This document shows positions 27,102 through 36,748 of a DNA stretch of 64,000 nt, piece after piece (the first letter of the stretch is position 1; the number at the start of each line of letters is the position of its first letter). Origin of the DNA: a virus; IMG/VR virus record IMGVR_UViG_3300017917_002937, positions 1 through 64,000 of that record, one strand, 5' to 3'. The notes under the pieces are model-generated. The model had not been told where the DNA came from, made no database searches, and saw nothing but the letters and a program-made list of their open reading frames with translations. The position numbers were made by a program, and so were the translations under genes.

Positions 27102-29558
27102 ATGAGTAATAATAATAATGTTGATGGTCAAACTTCAGGTGATCAAGACGGACCTGCTGTTGGTGGTCCAGCAAATGAAACTGAAGCACAGAACGAACAG
27201 TATATTAGTCAAGGTGGATCAGATGATGACAACGCAGGAGAAATGGATACTAGTGGTTTAGCACCACAACTTAATGACAACGCAGGAGAAATGGATACTA
27301 GTGGTTTAGCACCACAAATTAATACTACAAGTAAAAAGCAACCAAGTAATCCAAATCAACGAGTAGGAAAACGCAAAGACAATCCATTAAGTAATTTAGC
27401 GAGTTATACCTATCAACTATCGTTATATATGGTTACTCCTGAATCTTATAATTCATTTGTCAACTCAGGCAGAAGAAATATATCTGCTTTAAATACTGCT
27501 TCAAGCACTGGCGGTGCATTTTTAATTGCACAAAGCGGTGGTATAAACAATCAATCAAGTAAAAGAGCTCCTGGGTTTAATTATGATTACTATATAGATA
27601 ACTTAAAAATTAAAACAGCTACAGATAGTTCTGCAACACAAACGGCAAGTAATGTTACTACAATTACATTTACTATTACTGAACCATATGGTTTTAGTTT
27701 TTTAAGTAATCTTAAAAGGGCAAATGAAGCATTGGGTAGAGGAAGTACAACTAAAAATGCAAATCAACAAAAAAATGCTTCTAGACAATTTTTTATTATT
27801 GGTATAAGATTTTTAGGATACGATATTAATGGAAAATTAATTACAGGTAAAGAATCGTTTGTAAGTAATGCCAATGATAATAGTGGAAATAGTGATGGTA
27901 TTTTTGAACGTTATTATGATGTTTTTATAACAAATATAAAATTTAAAATAGATGGTAAAGCTGTTATTTATAATATAGAAGCAAAAACGGCGGCACCAGA
28001 CATTGCATTTGGAAACAAAAAAGGCAGAACTACAAAAGATTTACAAATTACTGCTGCTAATGTATTTGACGCCTTGGTGGGCGATGATGAAGATGGTACA
28101 ATAATCGGCTTATTAACTAGTTTAAATCGTCAACAAAAACTTGAAGTTGCAGATAATGTAAGAGAATTGGCTAACACATATTCTGTTGTATTTAAAGGAC
28201 AAGGAAACGAACTCATTCGTAATGCGTCAATTGCAGATGAAACACAAAAATCACAATGGCCTATGAAGGCTACTAATAAACAAAAAGTAAATCCATATTT
28301 AGAAACCAAAGCAGTACCTAATAGTTTATTAAGGACATTAAAATTTAAAACCGATACAAGTATCATGCAAGCTATTGGTTTAATTATTTTGCAAAGTGAT
28401 TATCTAAAACAAGCATTAACAAAACTTTATGATAGTGACCCAGAAGGTGAGGAAGATGATCCCAATAATCCTAGACCACCTAAAGGAGGAATCACATGGT
28501 ATAACTTAAGTGCAGATGTTAGAGTAAATGGATATGATACAAAAGTAGGAGATTATGCATATGATATAACCTATATTATACAACCTTATCAAGCGCCTAT
28601 TGTTATAAGTCCATATGTAAATGATGAAATTAATTATTATGGACCTGTAAAACGTTATGAATATTGGTATACAGGACAAAATAATGCTATTATTAAGTAT
28701 GAACAGGAACTTAACAATGCTTATTTTAATGTGACTTTAGATACACGTAGTGATGGTAAGGGTAATGATAAAGGAGGTGATGCAAGTATACCGTTAGAAC
28801 CTAATAAAAATCAGCCTCAACCAAGTCAAGGTGATTTAAGTAAAGGATTATTCCCTCAAAATAGTGTGGTAACATCACTTTATGATCCTGGTTCATACGC
28901 CCAAGCAAGAGTAACAATTTTAGGAGATCCTGACTTTTTAGTTATAGATAGTCCAGATACTATCAATAGCGTTTATAATAGATTTTATGGTAGTGATGGT
29001 TTTACTATAAATGCGAATGGTGGTCAAACTTTTATTGAAATAGATTTTAAAGAACCAGTTGACTATCTGAATAGTTCAGGTTTATTAAGTATTAATGAGT
29101 CTATTGAATTTTTTAGATATCCTCCTAAAGTACCTAAAGTTAAAGGTGTTAGTTATAGAGTAGTTTGGGTAACATCAACATTTAATAAGGGAGTTTTTAC
29201 ACAGGAACTTGAATTAAAATTAAACACATTTCCAAATAATAAAAGTAAAGCTGCTAATGACGGTGGTCGTATACCTTCAGGTGAAAATGCAAGAGATGAT
29301 TTATTATTAAGAGGTCAAGGGAATACTGCGAGCGAAAGTGAAAATGTACAACCTAAAGGTTTAAAAGACGATCCTCCTGCACCTAACGCTACTGAATATA
29401 TAGCAGATGATTTTAGAAGCGAAAATCAAGGCGACATAACTTCGCAACAAAATTCATCTCCAACTACAAGAGGTGGTTTTGTTCAGGATGGTGATAATAC
29501 AGCAGATAATATTGTTTACATAGCAGATGATTTTAGATCAGAAGGTAGAGAGGTTTAA
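27102..29558 (+). CDS. Baseplate hub protein (gp27-like)
   Basis: NPLSNLASYTYQLSLY, FTITEPYG, ILGDP, YRV..VTSTF..GVFTQELEL; lies between gp53-like and gp5-like genes. Confidence 0.65.
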   Translation: MSNNNNVDGQTSGDQDGPAVGGPANETEAQNEQYISQGGSDDDNAGEMDTSGLAPQLNDNAGEMDTSGLAPQINTTSKKQPSNPNQRVGKRKDNPLSNLASYTYQLSLYMVTPESYNSFVNSGRRNISALNTASSTGGAFLIAQSGGINNQSSKRAPGFNYDYYIDNLKIKTATDSSATQTASNVTTITFTITEPYGFSFLSNLKRANEALGRGSTTKNANQQKNASRQFFIIGIRFLGYDINGKLITGKESFVSNANDNSGNSDGIFERYYDVFITNIKFKIDGKAVIYNIEAKTAAPDIAFGNKKGRTTKDLQITAANVFDALVGDDEDGTIIGLLTSLNRQQKLEVADNVRELANTYSVVFKGQGNELIRNASIADETQKSQWPMKATNKQKVNPYLETKAVPNSLLRTLKFKTDTSIMQAIGLIILQSDYLKQALTKLYDSDPEGEEDDPNNPRPPKGGITWYNLSADVRVNGYDTKVGDYAYDITYIIQPYQAPIVISPYVNDEINYYGPVKRYEYWYTGQNNAIIKYEQELNNAYFNVTLDTRSDGKGNDKGGDASIPLEPNKNQPQPSQGDLSKGLFPQNSVVTSLYDPGSYAQARVTILGDPDFLVIDSPDTINSVYNRFYGSDGFTINANGGQTFIEIDFKEPVDYLNSSGLLSINESIEFFRYPPKVPKVKGVSYRVVWVTSTFNKGVFTQELELKLNTFPNNKSKAANDGGRIPSGENARDDLLLRGQGNTASESENVQPKGLKDDPPAPNATEYIADDFRSENQGDITSQQNSSPTTRGGFVQDGDNTADNIVYIADDFRSEGREV
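27226..27323 (+). repeat. 48-bp near-perfect in-frame tandem duplication
   Basis: atgacaacgcaggagaaatggatactagtggtttagcaccacaa at 27226 and 27274 (DNAGEMDTSGLAPQ(L/I)N x2). Confidence 0.95.
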
Positions 29559-29560
29559 CA

Positions 29561-32500
29561 ATGCAAGATAATTTTAAACCTTATGGTAGCACCGCTAGCG
29601 GTGAAGTAGGCGCAGGTAAAGGCAATTATAGAACTGTACCAGTAATAGGTGTTGTTAAAGATAATATTGATCCTATAAGGTCGGGCAGATTGCAGGTATT
29701 TGTAGCTGATATAGGTGGCAGTGATCCTGATAATGCTGATAGTTGGATAACAGTAAATTATCTTACTCCGTTTTATGGTTATGTAGAACCAACGTCAAAC
29801 AATACAGGTCCAGGAGATTTTGTAGGTAATCCAGCAAGTTATGGAATGTGGTTTAGTCCACCTGATATTGGTACTGAGGTTCTTTGTGTTTTTGTAAATG
29901 GTGATCCTAATTATGGTTTTTGGGTGGGTTGTATACCTAAGCCAGAAGCATTAAGAATGGTTCCTGCTATTGGAGCTAATTTTCCTAATGAAAATGTTGT
30001 GCCTAATAAAGGTGAAGGAAAATCATTGGGTGGTGCTGAAAGATTGCCTGTTACAAATATGAACACTAATGATGCCAATCAAGAAGATAGTCCATTATTT
30101 TTAACTGCCCCTAAACCTGTACATAGTTATGTTGCATCTATTATGGCACAACAAGGTATAATTCGTGATCCAATAAGGGGTCCAATATCAAGTAGTAGCC
30201 AACGTGAGAGTCCAAGTCGTGTAGGATGGGGTGTAAGTACACCTGGTAGACCTATTTACGAAGGAGGTTATACAGACGATACAATATTAAGTTCACTTGA
30301 AGAATCTAACCAAGAAACCTTAAAGGTAATTAGCCGTAGAGGTGGACATAGTATTGTCATGGATGATGGTGATATAGTTGGACAAGATCAATTAATTAGA
30401 ATTAGAACAGCATTAGGACATCAAATATTATTAAGTGATAGTGGACAAGTCCTTTCTATATTGCATAGTAATGGACAAAGTTATATTGAGTTAGGTAAAG
30501 AGGGTACAATTGATATGTACTCAACTAATTCAGTAAACATTAGAACACAAGGTGATTTAAATTTACATGCAGATAACAATGTTAACATTCATGCTAAAAA
30601 GAAATTACAAATTTTTGCAGAGGAATCAACTGTAAATATTGAAAAAGATTTATCAGTAAAAACAGGTAAAGATTTTCAAGCTTATACAATGGGTAAGTTT
30701 ACTCATTTGGTAGATGGTGCATACAGTATAAAATGCACTGGTGAAGCAAGTCTTAACAGCTCAAGTATTACTTATATAAATGGCAGTAAAGTTAATTTAA
30801 ATACTGGTGAAACAAGTGTAACACCTGAAAAAGTAAAAGATTTACCTATTGTCGCACATAGTGATACACTGTTTGATAGTGAAAAAGGATATGCAGCAGC
30901 TCCAGTTAAATTACAAAGTATTACATCAAGAGCACCTGCACACTATCCATGGTCAAGTGCAAATCAGGGGGTAGCCGTTGAAACATCAACTAATGCTAGT
31001 GAAAATTTACCTGCTAATCCAAGTTCCAGTGCTGATGCTGTAAATAATTTGGCAGATAATGCTGCTAATGAAGCAGAAGTAAGTGCAGCAGGTATAAGCA
31101 CGGTACCACCAGTTGAAGCGGTTAGCCCTTCAATTGATAAAGCTACCACTACAGGACTTGTAAGTGCAGCAGCAACCTCAGCAGCAACAGGACCTTTAAA
31201 GGATGCAGTTGCAAAGGGTGCTGATATAGTAAAAACAGCTACAGGAAATATTGCAGCAGTTGGACCGTTAGCATTAAATCCAAAACAATTAGAAACAGCA
31301 GGATTCATTAAGCCAGGATCTAGTGCGACTGTAAATGCACTAATACAATCAGGTGCTAATATAACACAATCAATGTCTAATGCAATATTCACAGGTAAAG
31401 ATGGTGTAAAATCTGTTGTTGATATGGCAACTAACTTACCAGCACAAGTTGGAGCGGCAGTTAGAAACTTGCAACAGGTACAAAGTGGGCTACAGGCAAC
31501 AGGAATTATGTCAGGTAAAGAAGCTCCAACTGCCGTAGCAGGTATGGTCTTATCAGGTTTTAACAATGGTATAACAAACACTGTAAATACAATAAAGAAT
31601 GTAGCAACTACAGCATTAGGCGGTGTTACAAGTTTAGCTTCAAATACTATAAATTCATTAACTGGTTCAGCAAGTAAAGTTTTAGGTACTATCAACGCAG
31701 GAAACTTTGCAGCAGGCGCTATGAATAATGTAAGTGGAGCATTATCGGCAGTGCAAGGAAGTCTAAGCGCACTACCAAAAATTACAGGTGTGTCAGGATT
31801 AATTGATGCTGCTAAAGGTGTAAGTGCAAGTGCTTTTACAGCAATTACTGATTCATTTAAGCCTTTACAAGCAGGGGTACCTCAAAATTTAATACAAATT
31901 GCAAAGGCTAATGCAGAAAAAATAGCAGCTAATGCAACTAATGAACTTCAAAATGTAGCAGGACAGTTTTCTAATTTAACAGGAGGACTAAGTAGTGCTG
32001 CTGGTTTACCAACTTCATTGGCAACAAATTTATTACCACAAGCTGGACAACTTTTACAAACTGGTTCACGAAGTATACAAAATCTTAACTCACAAATACC
32101 TGATATATTAAAAACAACAGGAATAAATCCAAGTATTCAAGGTCTCAGTCCTGTAAGTAGTATTGCAAGTGGTATAAGTGCATTACCTGGTGGACAGGCT
32201 GTACTTAATAATATAACTAATTTTGCTAATCCCTCAAATTTATCTGTACCCGGTGTAGATATAATTAAAAATGCATCTCAATCTGTTATGACAGCAGCAA
32301 CAAATGGTCTTAGTATACAAGATATTAATAAAAGTTTTGGTACAGTCACAAACTTATTACCACAAACTTCTAAATTATTAGAAGGTCTTGGAACAAATCC
32401 ATTATCAAGTTTAGCAGGATCAGGATTACCTGCAGGTGCAGCAGCGCAATTGAATGCAGCAGTGTCAAGTTTAAGTAGTGGAAGTGAAATTCAAATTAAG

Positions 32501-32842
32501 CTTCCTGAAATAGGTTTAAACACTTTAAATAGAAAAGAAATTACTACTAATGTTCAACGAGTATTAGAAAATCCTAAAATACCTGCCCCAGATTGGTTAA
32601 AAGTACAAAATGTTGAAGCAGATGCAATATTGAAAAATGAGTTTCAAAAACAATTAGAAGAGGATGAAAAACGTAAAGAAAAATCAAAAAATTACGATGA
32701 ACAATTTCTGATTACTAAAAAAGCAAAAGAAGAATTTTCTAATGCTTTAAATATTTTAGATGAGGGAGATTCACAAATTCCTATATTAAAAACAAAGTAT
32801 ATAGAAGAATATAAAAAGTTAATTGAAATAATAAAATCTTGA
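29561..32842 (+). CDS. gp5: Baseplate spike protein (gp5/VgrG-like) with long C-terminal extension
   Basis: OB-fold GVVKDNIDP.RSGRLQV...PPDIGTEVLCVF; GHSIVMDD, GHQILLSD, beta-helix ending INGSKVNLN. Confidence 0.82.
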   Translation: MQDNFKPYGSTASGEVGAGKGNYRTVPVIGVVKDNIDPIRSGRLQVFVADIGGSDPDNADSWITVNYLTPFYGYVEPTSNNTGPGDFVGNPASYGMWFSPPDIGTEVLCVFVNGDPNYGFWVGCIPKPEALRMVPAIGANFPNENVVPNKGEGKSLGGAERLPVTNMNTNDANQEDSPLFLTAPKPVHSYVASIMAQQGIIRDPIRGPISSSSQRESPSRVGWGVSTPGRPIYEGGYTDDTILSSLEESNQETLKVISRRGGHSIVMDDGDIVGQDQLIRIRTALGHQILLSDSGQVLSILHSNGQSYIELGKEGTIDMYSTNSVNIRTQGDLNLHADNNVNIHAKKKLQIFAEESTVNIEKDLSVKTGKDFQAYTMGKFTHLVDGAYSIKCTGEASLNSSSITYINGSKVNLNTGETSVTPEKVKDLPIVAHSDTLFDSEKGYAAAPVKLQSITSRAPAHYPWSSANQGVAVETSTNASENLPANPSSSADAVNNLADNAANEAEVSAAGISTVPPVEAVSPSIDKATTTGLVSAAATSAATGPLKDAVAKGADIVKTATGNIAAVGPLALNPKQLETAGFIKPGSSATVNALIQSGANITQSMSNAIFTGKDGVKSVVDMATNLPAQVGAAVRNLQQVQSGLQATGIMSGKEAPTAVAGMVLSGFNNGITNTVNTIKNVATTALGGVTSLASNTINSLTGSASKVLGTINAGNFAAGAMNNVSGALSAVQGSLSALPKITGVSGLIDAAKGVSASAFTAITDSFKPLQAGVPQNLIQIAKANAEKIAANATNELQNVAGQFSNLTGGLSSAAGLPTSLATNLLPQAGQLLQTGSRSIQNLNSQIPDILKTTGINPSIQGLSPVSSIASGISALPGGQAVLNNITNFANPSNLSVPGVDIIKNASQSVMTAATNGLSIQDINKSFGTVTNLLPQTSKLLEGLGTNPLSSLAGSGLPAGAAAQLNAAVSSLSSGSEIQIKLPEIGLNTLNRKEITTNVQRVLENPKIPAPDWLKVQNVEADAILKNEFQKQLEEDEKRKEKSKNYDEQFLITKKAKEEFSNALNILDEGDSQIPILKTKYIEEYKKLIEIIKS

Positions 32843-32869
32843 TGATAAATATTTTTATAAGGTTTAAAT

Positions 32870-33319
32870 ATGCCATATTATTTGGGTTTTAGTACAATAG
32901 GATCAAACTTGCCAATAACAACAAACGCACCTGGGGGTGTAGATGGTGGGTTTGGTGGTATCATGAAACCAATTAATACTGGAAGAAAATATAAATTAGT
33001 TGATGAAAAACTTGTATTACAGGATTTCATAAATGCACTTAATATAAGACAAGGACAAAAGGTAGGACAACCTGGTTATGGAACCACACTTTGGGATTTT
33101 GTGTTTGAACCAAATAATGCAGACACTCAATTTAAGTTAGAAACAGAAATTAGGCGTATAGGTAATCTTGACCCTAGATTAGAGTTAAATTCTGTAAGAG
33201 CTTTCCCACAAGAACTTGGTATACTAATCGAAGTAGAAATGAGTGTAACACCATTCAATAACGCTAGAATTTTAAGCGTATTCTTTAATAATCAAACAAA
33301 CAAAGCTATTTTACAGTGA
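32870..33319 (+). CDS. gp25: Baseplate wedge subunit
   Basis: LNIRQGQKVGQPGYGTTLWDFVFEP, DPRL; GATAAATA at 32844-32851. Confidence 0.88.
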   Translation: MPYYLGFSTIGSNLPITTNAPGGVDGGFGGIMKPINTGRKYKLVDEKLVLQDFINALNIRQGQKVGQPGYGTTLWDFVFEPNNADTQFKLETEIRRIGNLDPRLELNSVRAFPQELGILIEVEMSVTPFNNARILSVFFNNQTNKAILQ

Positions 33320-33366
33320 TCAAATAGTTGGTTTTTAAGTATGATAAATACTTTAAAGAGATACAT

Positions 33367-36300
33367 ATGGCTATAAGTTCTAGACAATCCGCACTTTTTG
33401 GTATCAATGATTGGAAAGCAATTTATCAAACTTTCCGTGAGGCTGATTTTCGTAGTTATGATTATGAAACCTTAAGAAAAAGTTTTATAGATTATTTAAA
33501 AATCTATTATCCAGAAACGTTTAACGATTATATTGAAAGTAGTGAATTTATTGCATTACTTGATGTAATGGCCTACATGGGTCAAGGTTTAGCATTTAGA
33601 AATGACTTGAATACTAGAGAAAATTTTATTGATACTGCTGAACGCAGAGATAGTGTCATAAAGTTAGCCAATTTAGTAAGTTATACTCCTAAAAGAAATT
33701 TATGTGCTGAAGGGTATTTAAAGATTACAAGTATTCAAACTAGTCAAAACATAAGTGATATTAATGGTACAAATTTAAGTAACATACCTATACTATGGAA
33801 CGACCCAGCCAATCCAAATTGGTTAGAACAATTTAATACGATCCTAAATGCTACATTAATTAGTAATCAAAGAATAGGTAGACCTGGTAATGTTTCTGAT
33901 TTGTTAGGTGTTACAACAAGTGAATATTCTATGCAAATTCCTGTTAACACATTACCTATAGTTCCATTTACAAGCACTGTTGATGGTATCAATATGGATT
34001 TTGAATTAGTAAGTAGCACCAGTTTAGATGCAGATTATATCTACGAATTACCTCCTGCTCCAACAGGCAAGTTTAATTTTTTGTATAGAAATGATAAATT
34101 AGGTTACGGGAGTCCTAATACAGGTTTTTTCTTTTATTTTAAACAAGGCGCACTAACAAACTTTGATTTTAATTTAGAACAACAAATTAGTAACCAAAGC
34201 ATATTGATTGACATTCAAGGTATTAATAATACTGATACTTGGTTATATCAATTAAATGTAAATAACGGTGGAAACGTATTATGGAATAAAGTAGAAAGTG
34301 TATATGCTGATGCATATCTACAGACACAAACAAGTAGTAGAGAAATTTTTAGTGTAACTTCAGGATTTAATGATACTGTATCTTATGTGTTTGGTGATGG
34401 AGTTTTTAGTAAAATTCCAGTTGGATTATTTAGAGCATATGTTAGATCAAGTAATGGTTTAACATATACAATTGATCCAAACGAAATACAAGGTTTAAGT
34501 GTAACATTCTCATATTTAAGTAGAGTAGGTAGATTAGAAACGCTTACTTTAGGTTTAACATTAACGATTCCTGTAAGTAATGCACAAGCAAGAGAAAGTT
34601 TAGCTAGTATTAAACAACGAGCACCTACTAGATACTATACACAAAATCGTATGGTTAACGGAGAAGATTATAGTAATTTTCCATATACACTATACAGTTC
34701 AATAATTAAAAGTAAAGCAATTAATAGAAGTAGCATAGGTGTAAGTAAAAATTTAGACTTACTTGATCCGACAGGAAAATATTCAAGTACCAATAGTTTT
34801 GGAAGTGACGGAGCATTATATCAAAATAGTGATAATGGTGTACTAACACTTACTATAACTAATACAGGGGATATTATTACATTTTTAACTGGAGACCTAG
34901 CAGCAGCACTTGCTGCAAATAGGTCTACACAGTATTACTTGCAAAATTATCCAAGATACAACTTAGATAGTGCATCTGGTGATGGTGTTGTATATTGGAA
35001 TAATTCAACAGTAAATGCTAATTCAGATACAGGTTATTTTTATAATTTAAATGTTACTTCAATCGTACCTATACCCGTTGGTACTTTTTCAAGTTTAAAT
35101 GCAAAATATATTACAAAAGGTGCATTAATCAAGGTTACAGCACCTACTGGATATTATTTTGATGAGAATAATAGATTAATTTCAGGAATACCAACTCCTA
35201 GTAATCCAACTTATTTTTGGACTACAGTTTTAAATGTAGTCGGTGATGGTAATAATAATGGAGAAGGTAATTTTACAAATGGTTTAGGTCCTATTACACT
35301 GAACGGATATGTTCCTTCTGGTGTAATAATTACTACTGTAATACCTAGTTTTGATAATACTTTGTCTAATAATATTATTCAAGAAATAATCACAAAAATG
35401 GAATTAAACCAAAATTTTTCATTATTATTTAATAATTCATTGACAATAGGACAAGATCGGTGGGATATTGATAATTATGATACTTCAGGTTGGTTTGTAA
35501 ATTTTCTTTCAGACGGATCAAATCGTTATACTATTACATATAAATCATTGACTTATTATTTTGGTAGTGTAAGTGACACACGTTTTAGTTTTGATAGAGA
35601 TAAACTTGTATATGATCCTTTTTCAGGAAAAATCTTACAAGATTTCATAAAAGTTTTAATAACAAATACTCAACCAACAAATAGTTATCCATTATCTAAT
35701 CCAATTATTACAAATATAGTTGGACAAACTGTTGCGACAGATGGATACATAAATGATTTTGAAGTTGAAGTTGCAACTACAGATGTAAACAATAGAACAT
35801 TAATTGTTAATCCAGACTTTTTCAACATCATTACAGGGTATACATCAGGTTCAAGTAACATTGGTATCTATGTATTTTTTACATTAGTACAAGATGCAAT
35901 AAATTTATCACGTTATCAACTATTACCCACAACCGATGTAGTTTATATCTACCCTACAAAAACTAGTATTGAAATTATAAAATATGAATATCCATTGGGA
36001 CAGTTGTTTTATGCTTATACTGATAACAAATTTTATGTAACCATTCAAGATCAGACTGTTACAACTCCCTACTATATTGTAACTGAACAACCTGAAGGTC
36101 AATATACTGTTTTACCAGGCAGACAAGGTCTACAATATCAATATAGACATAATAGTAATAATACCACTAGAATTGATCCTGCTACAACAAATATTATTGA
36201 TTTATATGTCGTAACACAAAGTTATTACACGCAATATCAAAATTATATTACAGACAGTACAAATACCATACCCGAACCTGATAGACCCACTATAGCAGAA

Positions 36301-36744
36301 CTATCATCTGAATATGGACTTGTAAATGATTATAAAATGTTAAGTGATAGTTTAGTGCTTAATAGTGTAATTTTCAAACCATTATTTGGTCCTAAAGCTG
36401 CACCCGCTTTGAGAGCAACAATTAAAGTCATTAAATCTAGTTCTACAAATGCAAGTGATAGTGAAATCAGAAGTGCAGTATTAGGTTCAATGAATACTTA
36501 TTTTAATATAAACAATTGGAGTTTTGGAGATACGTTCTATTTCAGTGAATTAGCAGCTTATTTACATAATGAATTGGGGGACTTAATAAGTTCAGCAGTA
36601 TTAGTGCCAAATGATCCAACATTAAAGTTTGGTGATTTATATGAAATAAAATCTGGCCCATATGAAATTTTTGTAAATGGTGCCACTGCAAATGATGTTG
36701 TTATTATTAGTGCCCTTACACCGGCAGAACTACAGATAGGTTAA
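33367..36744 (+). CDS. gp6: Baseplate wedge subunit
   Basis: DYETLRKS, FNDYIESSEFIALLD..AY, ENFIDTAERRDSVIKLA, FGDGVF, ESLASIKQRAP..YTQNRMVNGEDY. Start moved to ATG 33367, downstream of GATAAATA at 33343-33350. Confidence 0.9.
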   Translation: MAISSRQSALFGINDWKAIYQTFREADFRSYDYETLRKSFIDYLKIYYPETFNDYIESSEFIALLDVMAYMGQGLAFRNDLNTRENFIDTAERRDSVIKLANLVSYTPKRNLCAEGYLKITSIQTSQNISDINGTNLSNIPILWNDPANPNWLEQFNTILNATLISNQRIGRPGNVSDLLGVTTSEYSMQIPVNTLPIVPFTSTVDGINMDFELVSSTSLDADYIYELPPAPTGKFNFLYRNDKLGYGSPNTGFFFYFKQGALTNFDFNLEQQISNQSILIDIQGINNTDTWLYQLNVNNGGNVLWNKVESVYADAYLQTQTSSREIFSVTSGFNDTVSYVFGDGVFSKIPVGLFRAYVRSSNGLTYTIDPNEIQGLSVTFSYLSRVGRLETLTLGLTLTIPVSNAQARESLASIKQRAPTRYYTQNRMVNGEDYSNFPYTLYSSIIKSKAINRSSIGVSKNLDLLDPTGKYSSTNSFGSDGALYQNSDNGVLTLTITNTGDIITFLTGDLAAALAANRSTQYYLQNYPRYNLDSASGDGVVYWNNSTVNANSDTGYFYNLNVTSIVPIPVGTFSSLNAKYITKGALIKVTAPTGYYFDENNRLISGIPTPSNPTYFWTTVLNVVGDGNNNGEGNFTNGLGPITLNGYVPSGVIITTVIPSFDNTLSNNIIQEIITKMELNQNFSLLFNNSLTIGQDRWDIDNYDTSGWFVNFLSDGSNRYTITYKSLTYYFGSVSDTRFSFDRDKLVYDPFSGKILQDFIKVLITNTQPTNSYPLSNPIITNIVGQTVATDGYINDFEVEVATTDVNNRTLIVNPDFFNIITGYTSGSSNIGIYVFFTLVQDAINLSRYQLLPTTDVVYIYPTKTSIEIIKYEYPLGQLFYAYTDNKFYVTIQDQTVTTPYYIVTEQPEGQYTVLPGRQGLQYQYRHNSNNTTRIDPATTNIIDLYVVTQSYYTQYQNYITDSTNTIPEPDRPTIAELSSEYGLVNDYKMLSDSLVLNSVIFKPLFGPKAAPALRATIKVIKSSSTNASDSEIRSAVLGSMNTYFNINNWSFGDTFYFSELAAYLHNELGDLISSAVLVPNDPTLKFGDLYEIKSGPYEIFVNGATANDVVIISALTPAELQIG

Positions 36745-36748
36745 TTAA

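Noticed and set aside
30964-31695. 243-aa minus-strand ORF and similar antisense ORFs (11373-11807, 12328-12774, 16511-16927, 9426-9797)
   Set aside because: Fully nested opposite well-supported genes; low-complexity shadows.
33328-33366. ORF-track N-terminal extension of gp6
   Set aside because: TTG start lies upstream of the GATAAATA late box; ATG 33367 is the better start.
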